Shown one piece after another: positions 5,694-14,945 of a stretch of DNA of 33,833 nt. The DNA lies in the IMG/VR virus record IMGVR_UViG_3300010331_000009. One strand, written 5' to 3'. The notes under the pieces were generated by a model, which was given only the letters and a program-made list of their open reading frames with translations, had not been told where the DNA came from and ran no database searches. The position numbers and the translations under genes are program-made. Positions within the stretch are counted from its first letter, which is position 1, and the number at the start of each line of letters is the position of its first letter. The stretch comes from a virus.

Positions 5694-8120
5694 ATGGAAC
5701 TCAGGACAGTGAAGCTCGACCTCATCGATCCGAACCCGGACCAGCCGAGGTTGACGCTCCGGACCATCGAAGAGCTTGCCAAGGAGATCACCGCAGTCGG
5801 CTACATCATCCACCCGCCGCTGCTCATCGAAGCCGGTGACCGATTCACCACGATAGCCGGACATCGTCGCATCGAGGCGTGGAAGCTGCTCGGCAACACC
5901 GAGATCGTCGTGCTGGTCAGAGAAGGCTTGGACAAGGCAGCGCAGATCAGCGCCATCATGGCCGAGAACACGTCGAGGGACGACCTCTCCGCGATCGAGA
6001 AGGCCCGCGGATACCAGACGATGTTCGCCACCGGCGTCGAGAAGAAGAAGGCCGCCCGGATCGTCGGACTCGACGAGATGCCCAAGGCCTCCACCATCGC
6101 CACGCTCGTCGACGCCAGCGAGAAGGTCGCCAACGACTCCTACGTGTTCGAGGCCACACTCGACGAGGCAGCCGGCCTGATGGAGTTCGAAGCCGACCCC
6201 GAGGCGTACAGCTCGCTCCTGGGCAACGTCGGTCGCGGGTTCGCCCACGACCTCGAGCGCCGTCGTCAGAACCGTGACCGCGCAGAGAAGCGCGCCGCCT
6301 CGAGAGCCGAGCTCAGGGCCGCCGGCACGAAGATCCACACGGAGAGCCAGCGCAACTGGAGCTGGGCGACGCTCAAGGAAGCCAAGACCACGGCCGAAGC
6401 GCACGCCTCGTGCCCCGGCCACATCGCCGTGGTCGGCTACTCGGGAGACATCGACTACTACTGCACCAAGCCGGCGGAGCACGGACTGGGGACTTCCAGG
6501 ACCGGCGAAGTGAAGGACAAGGCCGCCGAGAAGGCCAAGCGGGAGAACCGCGCCGCCCACAGGGCAGCGACCGCCGTGCGGCTGCGCTTCCTCTCCGGAC
6601 TGCTGCTGACCAAGCGCGACAAGGCGGACTCCGCCATCGTGCTCTGGGCGCTCGCCTACACCTGGAGCCACGGAGTGTTCGCAGGCCCGCAGAGCTGCAA
6701 GGTCCTCGACGAGATCGGCCTCGCGGCAGGCTCCAAGCCCACATCCCCGCTCAACGGCGTGGTCGCACTCGCGATCGCCGCGATGGAGAAGCGCCTCGCA
6801 GACCACAATAAGTTCGACGCCATGGTGCACGCCCTGGCGGACGGGGGCGACGCACCGCTGGACGTCATCACGTACTTCGACGCGCTCACGCACAACCTCT
6901 ACGACCTCGCCGAGTGCGAAGACTCCTTCATCGACGCATGCCTCGCCAAGCGCGCGGACAAGAGCACGAAGCGGATCGACGTCGGAACACCGCTCACGGC
7001 CGAGCGGTGCGCAGCCATCGCCAACCCGACCGACCACGCGCACATCTCGGCAGAGGCCTTCGTCGACGCGATCGAGCCGTTCCTCGACGAGATCGGCGTG
7101 CCTCGCGACGACGGGACCGACGAGTGCGAGAACACCGACGCCACGCCCCTCGTGGAAGAGGGTGCCCACGAAGGGGAAATCCGCACTCCGAGCACGAACG
7201 TCGTCAACCTCGCAGACGCCGTCGCACAGGCCGAAGAGTCGTGGACCACGCCCGAGGTGGGCGGCAACATCATCGCGCTCTCGTCTCCCGACCTCTCGAG
7301 GCTCTGGAAGCGCGCTCTGGACGAAGGCACCGCCAAGCTCAACACCAAGGGCGTAGGCGCAGAGCACTGGGACATCCACCTCACGCTCACCATCGCCGAC
7401 GTGAGCACCGAAGCTGCCACGGTCCGCTTCATCGTCGCAGGGACGCCGGGCAAGTTCCCGACCGACGCGATCGCCATCGCCAACAAGCTCGCCATCGTCG
7501 GCGGCTGCACGTTCGACGCTCCCACGCAGGGACTCGGCGGCCTCTGGAGCTTCGAGGCCCTGCTGGAAGCCGCCGGCGCGGACGCCGATATCGCAGAGTC
7601 CACGGTCATTCCCAACCAGGTCGCCTGCTACCGCAGTAGCAAGGCGTGCAAGTACGGCACCGCCGACCAGCTCTCCGACTGTGATTTCAGCTGCCCCGGC
7701 GGAATCAGCCCATACCCACACTGGCTGCTGGCGAATGACCAACCCGCCGAGGTGGGCGGCATCGAGCCCATCCAGGGTGACACGGAGAACCCCTTCGCCG
7801 ACGCGCGGATCTCCAAGGAGTTCGCCTCCGACGACGCCGATCGCATGCTGGTAGCCGTGTCCGAGCCCTACACGACGGCTCCGTGCATGCACTGGCACGG
7901 CGAGATCGTCTACAGCGTCGAGAAGCGCATGGATCTCGACTGCACGCCGAAACTGCGGTTCGTCGACTTCACCTTCAACGCCCGCCGCCCCGTCGGCGCT
8001 GCGCTCACAGACGCTCGCCTCTTCGCGACCAGGTACGCCGAAGCGCACAACCTGAAGTCGACCATGATCGAGCCCGACGACAGCAACACCATCACCCTGA
8101 CGTTCGTGGCGGTGGTGTAG
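5694..8120 (+). CDS. Large (808 aa) protein with an N-terminal ParB/sulfiredoxin-like domain; C-terminal ~700 aa unassigned
   Basis: AGGAG upstream of ATG 5694. The N-terminus LIDPNPDQPR ... TIAGHRRIEAWKLLG ... ENTSRDDLSAIEKARGY matches ParB N-domain boxes, including GxxRxxA. The remainder is acidic with no motif recognised. Confidence 0.8.
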   Translation: MELRTVKLDLIDPNPDQPRLTLRTIEELAKEITAVGYIIHPPLLIEAGDRFTTIAGHRRIEAWKLLGNTEIVVLVREGLDKAAQISAIMAENTSRDDLSAIEKARGYQTMFATGVEKKKAARIVGLDEMPKASTIATLVDASEKVANDSYVFEATLDEAAGLMEFEADPEAYSSLLGNVGRGFAHDLERRRQNRDRAEKRAASRAELRAAGTKIHTESQRNWSWATLKEAKTTAEAHASCPGHIAVVGYSGDIDYYCTKPAEHGLGTSRTGEVKDKAAEKAKRENRAAHRAATAVRLRFLSGLLLTKRDKADSAIVLWALAYTWSHGVFAGPQSCKVLDEIGLAAGSKPTSPLNGVVALAIAAMEKRLADHNKFDAMVHALADGGDAPLDVITYFDALTHNLYDLAECEDSFIDACLAKRADKSTKRIDVGTPLTAERCAAIANPTDHAHISAEAFVDAIEPFLDEIGVPRDDGTDECENTDATPLVEEGAHEGEIRTPSTNVVNLADAVAQAEESWTTPEVGGNIIALSSPDLSRLWKRALDEGTAKLNTKGVGAEHWDIHLTLTIADVSTEAATVRFIVAGTPGKFPTDAIAIANKLAIVGGCTFDAPTQGLGGLWSFEALLEAAGADADIAESTVIPNQVACYRSSKACKYGTADQLSDCDFSCPGGISPYPHWLLANDQPAEVGGIEPIQGDTENPFADARISKEFASDDADRMLVAVSEPYTTAPCMHWHGEIVYSVEKRMDLDCTPKLRFVDFTFNARRPVGAALTDARLFATRYAEAHNLKSTMIEPDDSNTITLTFVAVV

Positions 8121-8122
8121 CG

Positions 8123-8665
8123 ATGACAGACGCACTCACCGTCCGGGACATGAGCAATACCGATGAGAGAGTGACGATCTCCGTACGCCCGATCGTTGCG
8201 CTACTGGCGCAACAGGTCGAAGCGTCCTTTGCGCGGCACGACGGCGACCATATGAGAACGTCCTGGACAGGCGACGAGACGTTGCACCCATACCTCGTCG
8301 CGCTGAGGGACGCAGGTATCAAGGCCGAGGACAGCATCCCCGGCCACGTGCAGCGCGGGGCAGTCATCCGCGCCGGCGCGTGGGCGGCCTTCGCACTCGC
8401 CTTCCTCTCCGCAGAACTACCGGTAGCACCGGAGCCCGAGGACACCGTCATAGACCTCGCCTCCGCCTCAGATCTCCTCGGCCTCGCAGCCATGGTGATC
8501 GAGGGCAACGCCGCCGACGTCTACGAACTCCACACGATATTCGAGGGCGCGTTCGCTGATGAAGGCACAGGGAACACGGGTCATACCGAGCAATCCGCCG
8601 CCGACCTGCTCATCTACCTGCTCAAGATCGTCGGCCGCCATGAGGCATTGGAGGGCTCGCGATGA
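8123..8665 (+). CDS. Hypothetical protein
   Basis: ATG 8123 lies 2 nt after the ParB-like stop. Coding-like composition. The track ORF (from 7883) extends upstream off-gene. Confidence 0.65.
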   Translation: MTDALTVRDMSNTDERVTISVRPIVALLAQQVEASFARHDGDHMRTSWTGDETLHPYLVALRDAGIKAEDSIPGHVQRGAVIRAGAWAAFALAFLSAELPVAPEPEDTVIDLASASDLLGLAAMVIEGNAADVYELHTIFEGAFADEGTGNTGHTEQSAADLLIYLLKIVGRHEALEGSR

Positions 8666-8976
8666 CCAAGGAATACGACGGCCCTGGAGAGTACGAAGTT
8701 ACCGTCATGCTCACTGGAACGGTCACGGTCACTGTTGAGGCGGACAGCGCGCAGGACGCGTCACGCAAGGCCCGCTTCGCCTACTCCCCGTTCGACGTCG
8801 AGCTGGACATTGAGGACACCGCTGCCGTCTGCAAGTTCCCCGCAGTCCCGGACGAGACCCTGATGGAGCGCATGTCGGCCATCGAGCAGGCGTCATGGAT
8901 GCTCAACGGAAAAGTGCCGACAGCGGCCCGCGAGCGCATCACCCTCGAGGAAAGGCTGGCGGTGATGCAGTCGTGA
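8662..8976 (+). CDS. Hypothetical protein
   Basis: ATGA overlap start; 104 aa. Confidence 0.65.
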   Translation: MTKEYDGPGEYEVTVMLTGTVTVTVEADSAQDASRKARFAYSPFDVELDIEDTAAVCKFPAVPDETLMERMSAIEQASWMLNGKVPTAARERITLEERLAVMQS

Positions 8977-9419
8977 GCGACACCGTCCTCATCGAGTTCG
9001 ACCGGCAGACGCTACATGACACGTTCGCCCGCGACGCCGCCGGCAACCGGCTCAGCATCGAGATCTCGGAGCCCGACACTCGCGGCATCAGCGAGGTCAC
9101 CGTCACGCGGCACCCCGACGACAACCCGATACACAAACAGCGTCACCAGATCGCTCGATACAAGCGCACCGTCGACGCCAAGTCCGCCGAGATCGACGCC
9201 ATGCGCCTGACTATTGGCCTTGCCTGCTGCCTCAACCGCCAGAAGTGGGACACCGAGGAGTGCCAAGAGGACGAGTGCCCGCTGTTCTACATGGTCTGCG
9301 GCACCTGCCACGGATGCTACGACGACGAGGGCGATACCGAGCCGTCTGGCGAGTGCGTAGGCGGCGGCACAGGCGAGTGCCGCCTCGCGGCGTTCACCGA
9401 CGCAGGTGAGCAGTCATGA
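8973..9419 (+). CDS. Hypothetical protein with a Cys-rich C-terminus
   Basis: GTGA overlap start at 8973. The C-terminus CC...C..DEC......CGTCHGC....C...C suggests metal binding. Confidence 0.6.
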   Translation: MSDTVLIEFDRQTLHDTFARDAAGNRLSIEISEPDTRGISEVTVTRHPDDNPIHKQRHQIARYKRTVDAKSAEIDAMRLTIGLACCLNRQKWDTEECQEDECPLFYMVCGTCHGCYDDEGDTEPSGECVGGGTGECRLAAFTDAGEQS

Positions 9420-10063
9420 CTGAACCGCGCCGCATCCAAGAACGCTTCACCGAAGACACCGCCGCTCACGAGCTGACCATCATCCGCGAAGAGGGCCTCT
9501 ACCGGCACCTTCGCCTGCAGCGCCCGGGTACGGGGGCGTGCAGTTTCGACATCATCACGTGGCCCGGCTACCTCGCCTTCGTCGGCGACATGGGCGACTA
9601 CGTGTTCAGCCGCACCGACGACATGTTTGGCTTCTTCGGCGCGGACGGCATCAATCCTGATTACTGGCGGGAGAAGGTCCAGGCCGCATGCGATGACGGC
9701 GTGAGCGAGTTCTCGGAGGACGTGTACCGAGAGCGCGTCGAGGAGTGGCGCGACGAAGTCATTGCAGGGTTCGCCGACGAGTACGAGACGACGGACGAGG
9801 ACAACGCCGGCAAGCGCGACGAGTTCACGTCTGCCGTAGAGGACGAGCTGCTCGACATGAGCGACAGCATCAGCGAGGAATCGGCTCACGCTCGGCTGAA
9901 CGACTTCCGCTTCGGCGATCGTATCGAGTGCGGCGACTCGTGGGAGTGGGACCTCCGCCGCTTCACACGGCGCTACATCTGGGCGCTGTACGCGATCACG
10001 TGGGCGATAGGCGAATACCGCAAAGCGATTGCCCCCACCGCGACAGTAGGTGACGTCCTGTGA
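9416..10063 (+). CDS. Hypothetical protein
   Basis: ATGA overlap start; 215 aa, acidic. Confidence 0.7.
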   Translation: MTEPRRIQERFTEDTAAHELTIIREEGLYRHLRLQRPGTGACSFDIITWPGYLAFVGDMGDYVFSRTDDMFGFFGADGINPDYWREKVQAACDDGVSEFSEDVYRERVEEWRDEVIAGFADEYETTDEDNAGKRDEFTSAVEDELLDMSDSISEESAHARLNDFRFGDRIECGDSWEWDLRRFTRRYIWALYAITWAIGEYRKAIAPTATVGDVL

Positions 10064-10551
10064 GGGCGCTCACCATCTGGCAGCCGTGGGCGTCGTTCCT
10101 CGCACTCGGCTACAAGCGTATCGAGACCCGCTCGTGGCGGCAGCTCGTCATGCCCGGCGAAGTCATCGCCATCCACGCGGCGAAGCGGCCCGAGCCGGAC
10201 CGCCTGTATGGACCCGAGTACAAGGCGCGGCAGGCTGTCCAGAATAGCTACGGTTGGGAGGCCGGGGCGAAGGCATTCCCCCTCGGCGCCGTGGTGGCGC
10301 TCTGCACGTTCGACCGAATCGTCGGCGTCGCCGCGCCTGACATCGCTGCCCTGTCCCGCCGGGAGCTCGCCCTCGGCGACTTCTCGGAAGGTCGCTACGG
10401 CTGGCGCGTCGGGAGTCTCGCGGCGATGCAGGAGCCTATCCCGTGCAAGGGCGCACAGCGGCTCTGGACTCTTCCCGCCGACGTGACGAATGAAGCGATC
10501 CAACAGGCGACGCTCACCGGCTTCTACCACGACTCGAGCGGGTGTCTCTGA
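10060..10551 (+). CDS. ASCH domain protein
   Basis: GTGA overlap start. The N-terminus ALTIWQPWASFLALGYKRIETRSW is the typical ASCH opening motif. Confidence 0.75.
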   Translation: MRALTIWQPWASFLALGYKRIETRSWRQLVMPGEVIAIHAAKRPEPDRLYGPEYKARQAVQNSYGWEAGAKAFPLGAVVALCTFDRIVGVAAPDIAALSRRELALGDFSEGRYGWRVGSLAAMQEPIPCKGAQRLWTLPADVTNEAIQQATLTGFYHDSSGCL

Positions 10552-10739
10552 TGACGACCGCGAATACCTGCGAAGGCTGCATGTTCCTCAAGCGAGTCGG
10601 CGACAGGAGTGAGCACCGAGACCTCTGTTTCGAACGTCCCGGAGAGCCTGTCGTAAGGCAGCGGTCCGACGAGTACTGGCCTGACTACCCGCCCGCATGC
10701 TCAAAGAGGCAAGAGATCCCCAAGCCGGTGCGGTCATGA
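10551..10739 (+). CDS. Small hypothetical protein (Cys-containing)
   Basis: ATG 10551 overlaps the upstream TGA by 1 nt. 62 aa with CEGC....C....C. Confidence 0.55.
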   Translation: MTTANTCEGCMFLKRVGDRSEHRDLCFERPGEPVVRQRSDEYWPDYPPACSKRQEIPKPVRS

Positions 10740-11365
10740 CCGACCAGATACCCACCACGCAGCACTTCCGCTGCGCACGCTGCAAGTCAGTCGCATTCAG
10801 CGATTCCACTTGGCGCATGGCCGACAAACCCGAGCACCGGTGCGCGGACCTGCACCCACAGGTCGGTCACATGCCACCCGTACTCGAGCCCATCGGCGAC
10901 GATGCGTTCCTCGAGGCGATCACAGACCACCAGGTGGTCATCTGGGAACGGATGCGCACCGAGTCTGCCGAGAAGTCGCGCCGCGCCCATGAGCAGGACC
11001 TTCGCACTATCGAGTCCGAGGAGGCGAAGAGAGTCCTCGATGCGATACCGGCCGAGGTGGGCGACATCCTCTCCGACATCACTCCGCTCATGGAGTTCGA
11101 GGGCGGTCAGATGGGCTGGATGGTCAAGGGCCAGCACGTCGACAAGGAACTGTTCATCCGCGCGCTCTACGTCGGCCTGCTCACAGACGAGGTCCCCGGC
11201 TACAGGGACAGTGCGCGTCACCTGGCCAAGCACGCCAACCCCTCCGACCACGTCGTGCACCTGTGGTGGCGAGTCATCCCACAGCCGGGATTTAGCAGCG
11301 GCATGTACTTCGACGCAGTCCCCCACAGCCGCGGTGCCTTCAAGGCCACCGTCTTGGAGTGGTGA
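10736..11365 (+). CDS. Hypothetical protein with an N-terminal zinc-ribbon-like motif
   Basis: ATGA overlap start at 10736. Contains CARC ... HRCADLH. Confidence 0.65.
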   Translation: MTDQIPTTQHFRCARCKSVAFSDSTWRMADKPEHRCADLHPQVGHMPPVLEPIGDDAFLEAITDHQVVIWERMRTESAEKSRRAHEQDLRTIESEEAKRVLDAIPAEVGDILSDITPLMEFEGGQMGWMVKGQHVDKELFIRALYVGLLTDEVPGYRDSARHLAKHANPSDHVVHLWWRVIPQPGFSSGMYFDAVPHSRGAFKATVLEW

Positions 11366-11745
11366 CGATGACAACCTCCACACAGCAGTACGCGGCCCCC
11401 GGCTCGCTGATAGCAGGCAAGAGCGACACCCACGTCGTCGTTGAAGGCCGGCGGCGTGGGAGAAGGGCCGACCACGTCTACGTCGACTCCGCCGCGCTCA
11501 AGCGCGCCGTCGAAGAGCGCATAAGGGATCCCGACAAGCGCGTACACGCCAGCAACGAGGCATTCGGCACGCCATCGCCCAACGCCGGACTGCAGATCAT
11601 CGCCGACATGGCGGGCGTCACCTCACGTCGTATCAACCGACTCATGAGCGGAGACACGCTCAGGACCGACATCTACGCCCTGGACGCGATCGCGGTCACC
11701 CTCGGCGTCCACGTCTCCCGCCTGCTGCTCGAGGAGGCGTCGTGA
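11362..11745 (+). CDS. HTH-containing hypothetical protein
   Basis: GTGA overlap at 11362 (alternative starts GTG 11359 or ATG 11368). The C-terminal LQIIADMAGVTSRRINRLMSG ... is HTH-like. Confidence 0.6.
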   Translation: MTMTTSTQQYAAPGSLIAGKSDTHVVVEGRRRGRRADHVYVDSAALKRAVEERIRDPDKRVHASNEAFGTPSPNAGLQIIADMAGVTSRRINRLMSGDTLRTDIYALDAIAVTLGVHVSRLLLEEAS

Positions 11746-12782
11746 CCCGCGCCATCCAGGCCAACGACTTCTTCGACCGCATCGCAGAGCGTCAGCAGAC
11801 AGCACTAGGCTCCGTAGTCCTGGGCAACGACCGGGGAAGCGAACACACCTGCCCCGTCTGCCACAAGCCCGAGTACATGGCAGGACGCCACGGCTACTGC
11901 TCGAGCTGCAAGCCCAAGCCACCCGAACCCAAGCCCGCCAAGCGACTGACCAGGAACAGGAGAGCAGATCGCATGCCCACTCGAGAGTACAAGCTGTGGA
12001 GCAAGGCCGACGTCAAGATGCTCAGGGACAACGCACATCTCGGCGGCCACGCGGTCGCCGAACTCCTCGGCCGCTCGACCGACACCGTCAAGGGCTTCGC
12101 GGGGTCCAACCACATCTCGCTGAGGAAGCGGCCCGCACCCGAAGCGCCCACGACCGAGGCGAGCGCCGACATCACAACCACGACCACACCCAACGACACG
12201 CTCGCGTTCACGCTCCCGGCCGAGCCGTTCCCGGACGCACCCACGCCCGACAGCGAGGCGGGCGACACGACCACGCTCACCGCACCGCGACTGGCCATGC
12301 CCACGATCAGCAGCGTCTTCCCGCACACGCCCAAGGTCGACCCCAACGCCATCGACTACTCCGAAGCAGACCCGCTCGCCCCGTACCGCACGAACGGCCA
12401 CGCGGGCGGCACCATCGCTCTTCCACCAGAAACGAAGCAGGAGAAGGACTACAGGCTCAACAGGTGGCCCGTAGAGACCACAACGTCACTGCCTGCGGCT
12501 GGCGAGGTGGGCGGCAGTCACGAGTGCGACACGGTCTGTGACGAGTGCCCGGCGGCCTGCCTATCGGAGTTCCTCGGTGTGCGCTCCAGACGTACCGTGG
12601 TGACCCTCAAGAGCACTCCGACGTCCATCGTTGCCGACCACCGCATCGAGCTCATCGAGACCCGCCTGCGCCTCATCTGCGCCACGCTCGAAGCCTCGTC
12701 GTTCCGTGTGCCGGCAAGCGCCCGTGAGTCCATCGAGGGCAACGTAGACCGTATCCGCGAGCTCATCGCCGAGGCAGTCTAG
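11742..12782 (+). CDS. Hypothetical DNA-binding candidate (zinc ribbon plus Myb/SANT-like HTH segment)
   Basis: GTGA overlap start. Contains CPVCH...CSSC, and LWSKADVKMLRDNAHLGGHAVAELLGRSTDTVKGFA. A low-complexity Thr/Pro linker follows. Confidence 0.65.
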   Translation: MTRAIQANDFFDRIAERQQTALGSVVLGNDRGSEHTCPVCHKPEYMAGRHGYCSSCKPKPPEPKPAKRLTRNRRADRMPTREYKLWSKADVKMLRDNAHLGGHAVAELLGRSTDTVKGFAGSNHISLRKRPAPEAPTTEASADITTTTTPNDTLAFTLPAEPFPDAPTPDSEAGDTTTLTAPRLAMPTISSVFPHTPKVDPNAIDYSEADPLAPYRTNGHAGGTIALPPETKQEKDYRLNRWPVETTTSLPAAGEVGGSHECDTVCDECPAACLSEFLGVRSRRTVVTLKSTPTSIVADHRIELIETRLRLICATLEASSFRVPASARESIEGNVDRIRELIAEAV

Positions 12783-13147
12783 TGAAGAAGCCGCGGAGGG
12801 AGCAGGTCACTCACGCCTGCCCTCCGCAGGAGGGATACACCTGCACGCCGCATGCGGCTGTCAGGTACGCACAGCGGGTCTTGGGAATCCCACGTCCGAA
12901 GGCGACCGACGTGTGGGCCGCTGCCGTCTCCGTGGTCGACGCGATCGCCACGGCGAAGGTCTCGCATCGCTACCGCGACAAGACGCGGGTGATGATCACG
13001 GCCGATGGCGTTCACCTCATCGTGGTGGCTGGCGGGGTCGTTGTCACCGTGCTCGCACCCGGACAGATCGTGAGCAAGTGCCCGTGTACCCGCTGCCTAC
13101 AGGCCCGCATGGAGCGCAATCGCCGTAGCAAAGGGAGCCGGTCGTGA
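12782..13147 (+). CDS. Hypothetical protein
   Basis: GTG 12782 overlaps the upstream TAG by 1 nt; 121 aa. H-A-x-x-R-x-x-x-R then a beta-rich ...VVVTVL tail. No confident family call. Confidence 0.6.
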   Translation: MKKPRREQVTHACPPQEGYTCTPHAAVRYAQRVLGIPRPKATDVWAAAVSVVDAIATAKVSHRYRDKTRVMITADGVHLIVVAGGVVVTVLAPGQIVSKCPCTRCLQARMERNRRSKGSRS

Positions 13148-13311
13148 AGAGCAGGCCCAAGACGTGCGGAGAGTGCGAGTGCTGGTTCAAGGACGGGTCG
13201 TGCCTGGTGTTCCGCGACATCGAGACCAAGGCAGGATCGAGAGCATGCAAAGAGGGCGTCAAGAAGCAGGGGCCGCAAGTCGATCGCGCAGAACAGGGGA
13301 CGTTGCTGTGA
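13144..13311 (+). CDS. Small Cys-rich protein (55 aa), not in the ORF track
   Basis: Hand-translated: VKSRPKTCGECECWFKDGSCLVFRDIETKAGSRACKEGVKKQGPQVDRAEQGTLL. It has GTGA overlaps at both ends (13144 and 13308) and fills an otherwise unexplained gap. Confidence 0.5.
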   Translation: MKSRPKTCGECECWFKDGSCLVFRDIETKAGSRACKEGVKKQGPQVDRAEQGTLL

Positions 13312-13796
13312 GTGATTGGGGAACGCTCGACCTCCGGACCCTAAGAACGATGCACAAGAACGGCGCAACCCCAGAGCAGATACACGAGGCGATCACCACG
13401 CATTCTCCCAGGGCCGTGCGCAAGAAGGGGTACGCGCTGGGGCTGTCATGGCGCCTCGCGGGCAGCAGGCGCGGCCTGGTGATCGGGCAGCCACGCAACG
13501 TCTCACTCGTCTCAGATGACAAGACGTCGACGCTGCGGGACCTGATGATCGCGGGCAAGGTCAAGTCATGCGTCGTGGTCGCTCGTCTCGCCCTGGCTGC
13601 ACGTGGCGCGGAGATATGCCCCATGTGCAGCCGCAGGCCGGTCACCGTCGAGCGCACTGGCCTGTGCGTCGTGTGTCACAAGGGAGTGCTCATCGAGATC
13701 CAGACCGAGCAGCTCGCCGCCATCGAGGCGCACAAGATCCAGCAGGTCGTCTGGCAACAGAAGTCCCGATTGAAGAAGAGAGAGCTGGAGAAATGA
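13308..13796 (+). CDS. Hypothetical DNA-binding candidate (Myb/SANT-like HTH segment plus C-terminal zinc ribbon)
   Basis: GTGA overlap start at 13308 (within track ORF 13164..13796). Contains WGTLDLRTLRTMHKNGATPEQIHEAI...RAVRKKGYALGLSWR, and CPMC....CVVCH. Confidence 0.65.
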   Translation: MSDWGTLDLRTLRTMHKNGATPEQIHEAITTHSPRAVRKKGYALGLSWRLAGSRRGLVIGQPRNVSLVSDDKTSTLRDLMIAGKVKSCVVVARLALAARGAEICPMCSRRPVTVERTGLCVVCHKGVLIEIQTEQLAAIEAHKIQQVVWQQKSRLKKRELEK

Positions 13797-13894
13797 AGCG
13801 GGAACACATGACAACTAATCGGGTGCTGCTCATCATTGTGCTCTATCACGTCGTCGTGAACATCATCGACAACGTCTTGAAGGCCCTCAGGTGA
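13793..13894 (+). CDS. 33-aa hydrophobic peptide
   Basis: MKREHMTTNRVLLIIVLYHVVVNIIDNVLKALR. ATGA overlap upstream and GTGA overlap downstream. The stretch is locally AT-richer. Confidence 0.4.
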   Translation: MKREHMTTNRVLLIIVLYHVVVNIIDNVLKALR

Positions 13895-14232
13895 CCAGCC
13901 CATTCGCCCACACCTGCCTTTGCGGCAAGCGCATCGGCGTGGGGCAGCGGTGCCCGGTGTGCGAGAAGCGGCCGACAGAGGCACAACGCTTCGCCCACAA
14001 CCCCAACCGAGCCAGCTACCGAGACCCGGTCTACCGAGCCAACCGCATGGCGCGCTATGCTCTGGCCGGCGGCCGCTGCGAGTGCGGGTGCCGGATGAAG
14101 CTCAAGGGGCCCCTTTGGCCCGAGGGCGCGCGCTGGGAGTGCCACCACATCACCAACCCCGTAGGCAACCGCGACGATGTCGTGAACCTGCGATGCCTGT
14201 ACCACGCGCATCACAGCCGGTACACCAAGTGA
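13891..14232 (+). CDS. HNH endonuclease (packaging-associated position)
   Basis: Cys pairs (CLCG..CPVC; CECGC) followed by WECHHI.....N....LC..HH, an HNH pattern. The gene lies upstream of the terminase genes. Confidence 0.8.
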   Translation: MTSPFAHTCLCGKRIGVGQRCPVCEKRPTEAQRFAHNPNRASYRDPVYRANRMARYALAGGRCECGCRMKLKGPLWPEGARWECHHITNPVGNRDDVVNLRCLYHAHHSRYTK

Positions 14233-14266
14233 TCGGAGTGTCAGAGCGCCCATATATGATGCGACG

Positions 14267-14902
14267 ATGAGTAGATACCGGACACGGACATGCGCGGTGT
14301 GTGGCGACGACTACTCACCTACCTACAAGGCTCAGAGGACGTGCGGTCGCATGTGCGGCAAGGTGCTGAGTCTGGGGCTCAACGGACAGCGTACGGAGTT
14401 GGGCTTGCTGATTCCGTGGTCGGTGTGCCGCTATTGCGGTACCAGGTACGTGGACGTCGGCGGGAGCGCGCGGTGCGAGTGCTGGGACAAGCCAGCATGC
14501 GCGCGCTGTGGTGGACCCCGTGAGTGGAAGAAGCACTACTGCGGGTCCTGCTGGCTGGACGCATCGCTTGAGAAGCTGCGCGAGCACAGGTTGACCCCTG
14601 AGTATCGTGCCGCCAAGTGGCAGCAGAAGCAGGTCAAGCGTGCCCTCAAGGCGGGAGTCCACATCGAAGACGTTGACCCTCGTGCTGTCTACGAAAGAGA
14701 TCACTGGCTGTGTCACATCTGCGGATACCCCATTGATCGTGACGCCCATCCGAGCACGTCACGCGCTGCGTCGATAGATCACGTCATTCCGATCTCCCGC
14801 GGCGGTGTGCACGCGATGAACAACGTGAAGGCAGCGCACTTCGGATGCAACAGTCGGAAGTCAAACCATTTGTCGATACCAGCAGGGGTATACCCCCTCT
14901 GA
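14267..14902 (+). CDS. HNH endonuclease (second, tandem)
   Basis: C-terminal CHICG......SIDHVIPISRGG....NNVKAAHFGCNSRK is a canonical HNH motif. The N-terminus has several CxxC pairs. Confidence 0.85.
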   Translation: MSRYRTRTCAVCGDDYSPTYKAQRTCGRMCGKVLSLGLNGQRTELGLLIPWSVCRYCGTRYVDVGGSARCECWDKPACARCGGPREWKKHYCGSCWLDASLEKLREHRLTPEYRAAKWQQKQVKRALKAGVHIEDVDPRAVYERDHWLCHICGYPIDRDAHPSTSRAASIDHVIPISRGGVHAMNNVKAAHFGCNSRKSNHLSIPAGVYPL

Positions 14903-14945
14903 TTGTCTAGACCCATTCCGCTGCAGACCCGCGTCCTACTAAAAC

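Noticed and set aside
5619-8135. An 838-aa minus-strand ORF mirroring the ParB-like gene
   Set aside because: This is an antisense shadow ORF. The + strand frame carries clear ParB motifs and a ribosome-binding site, while the minus frame is compositionally biased with no motifs.
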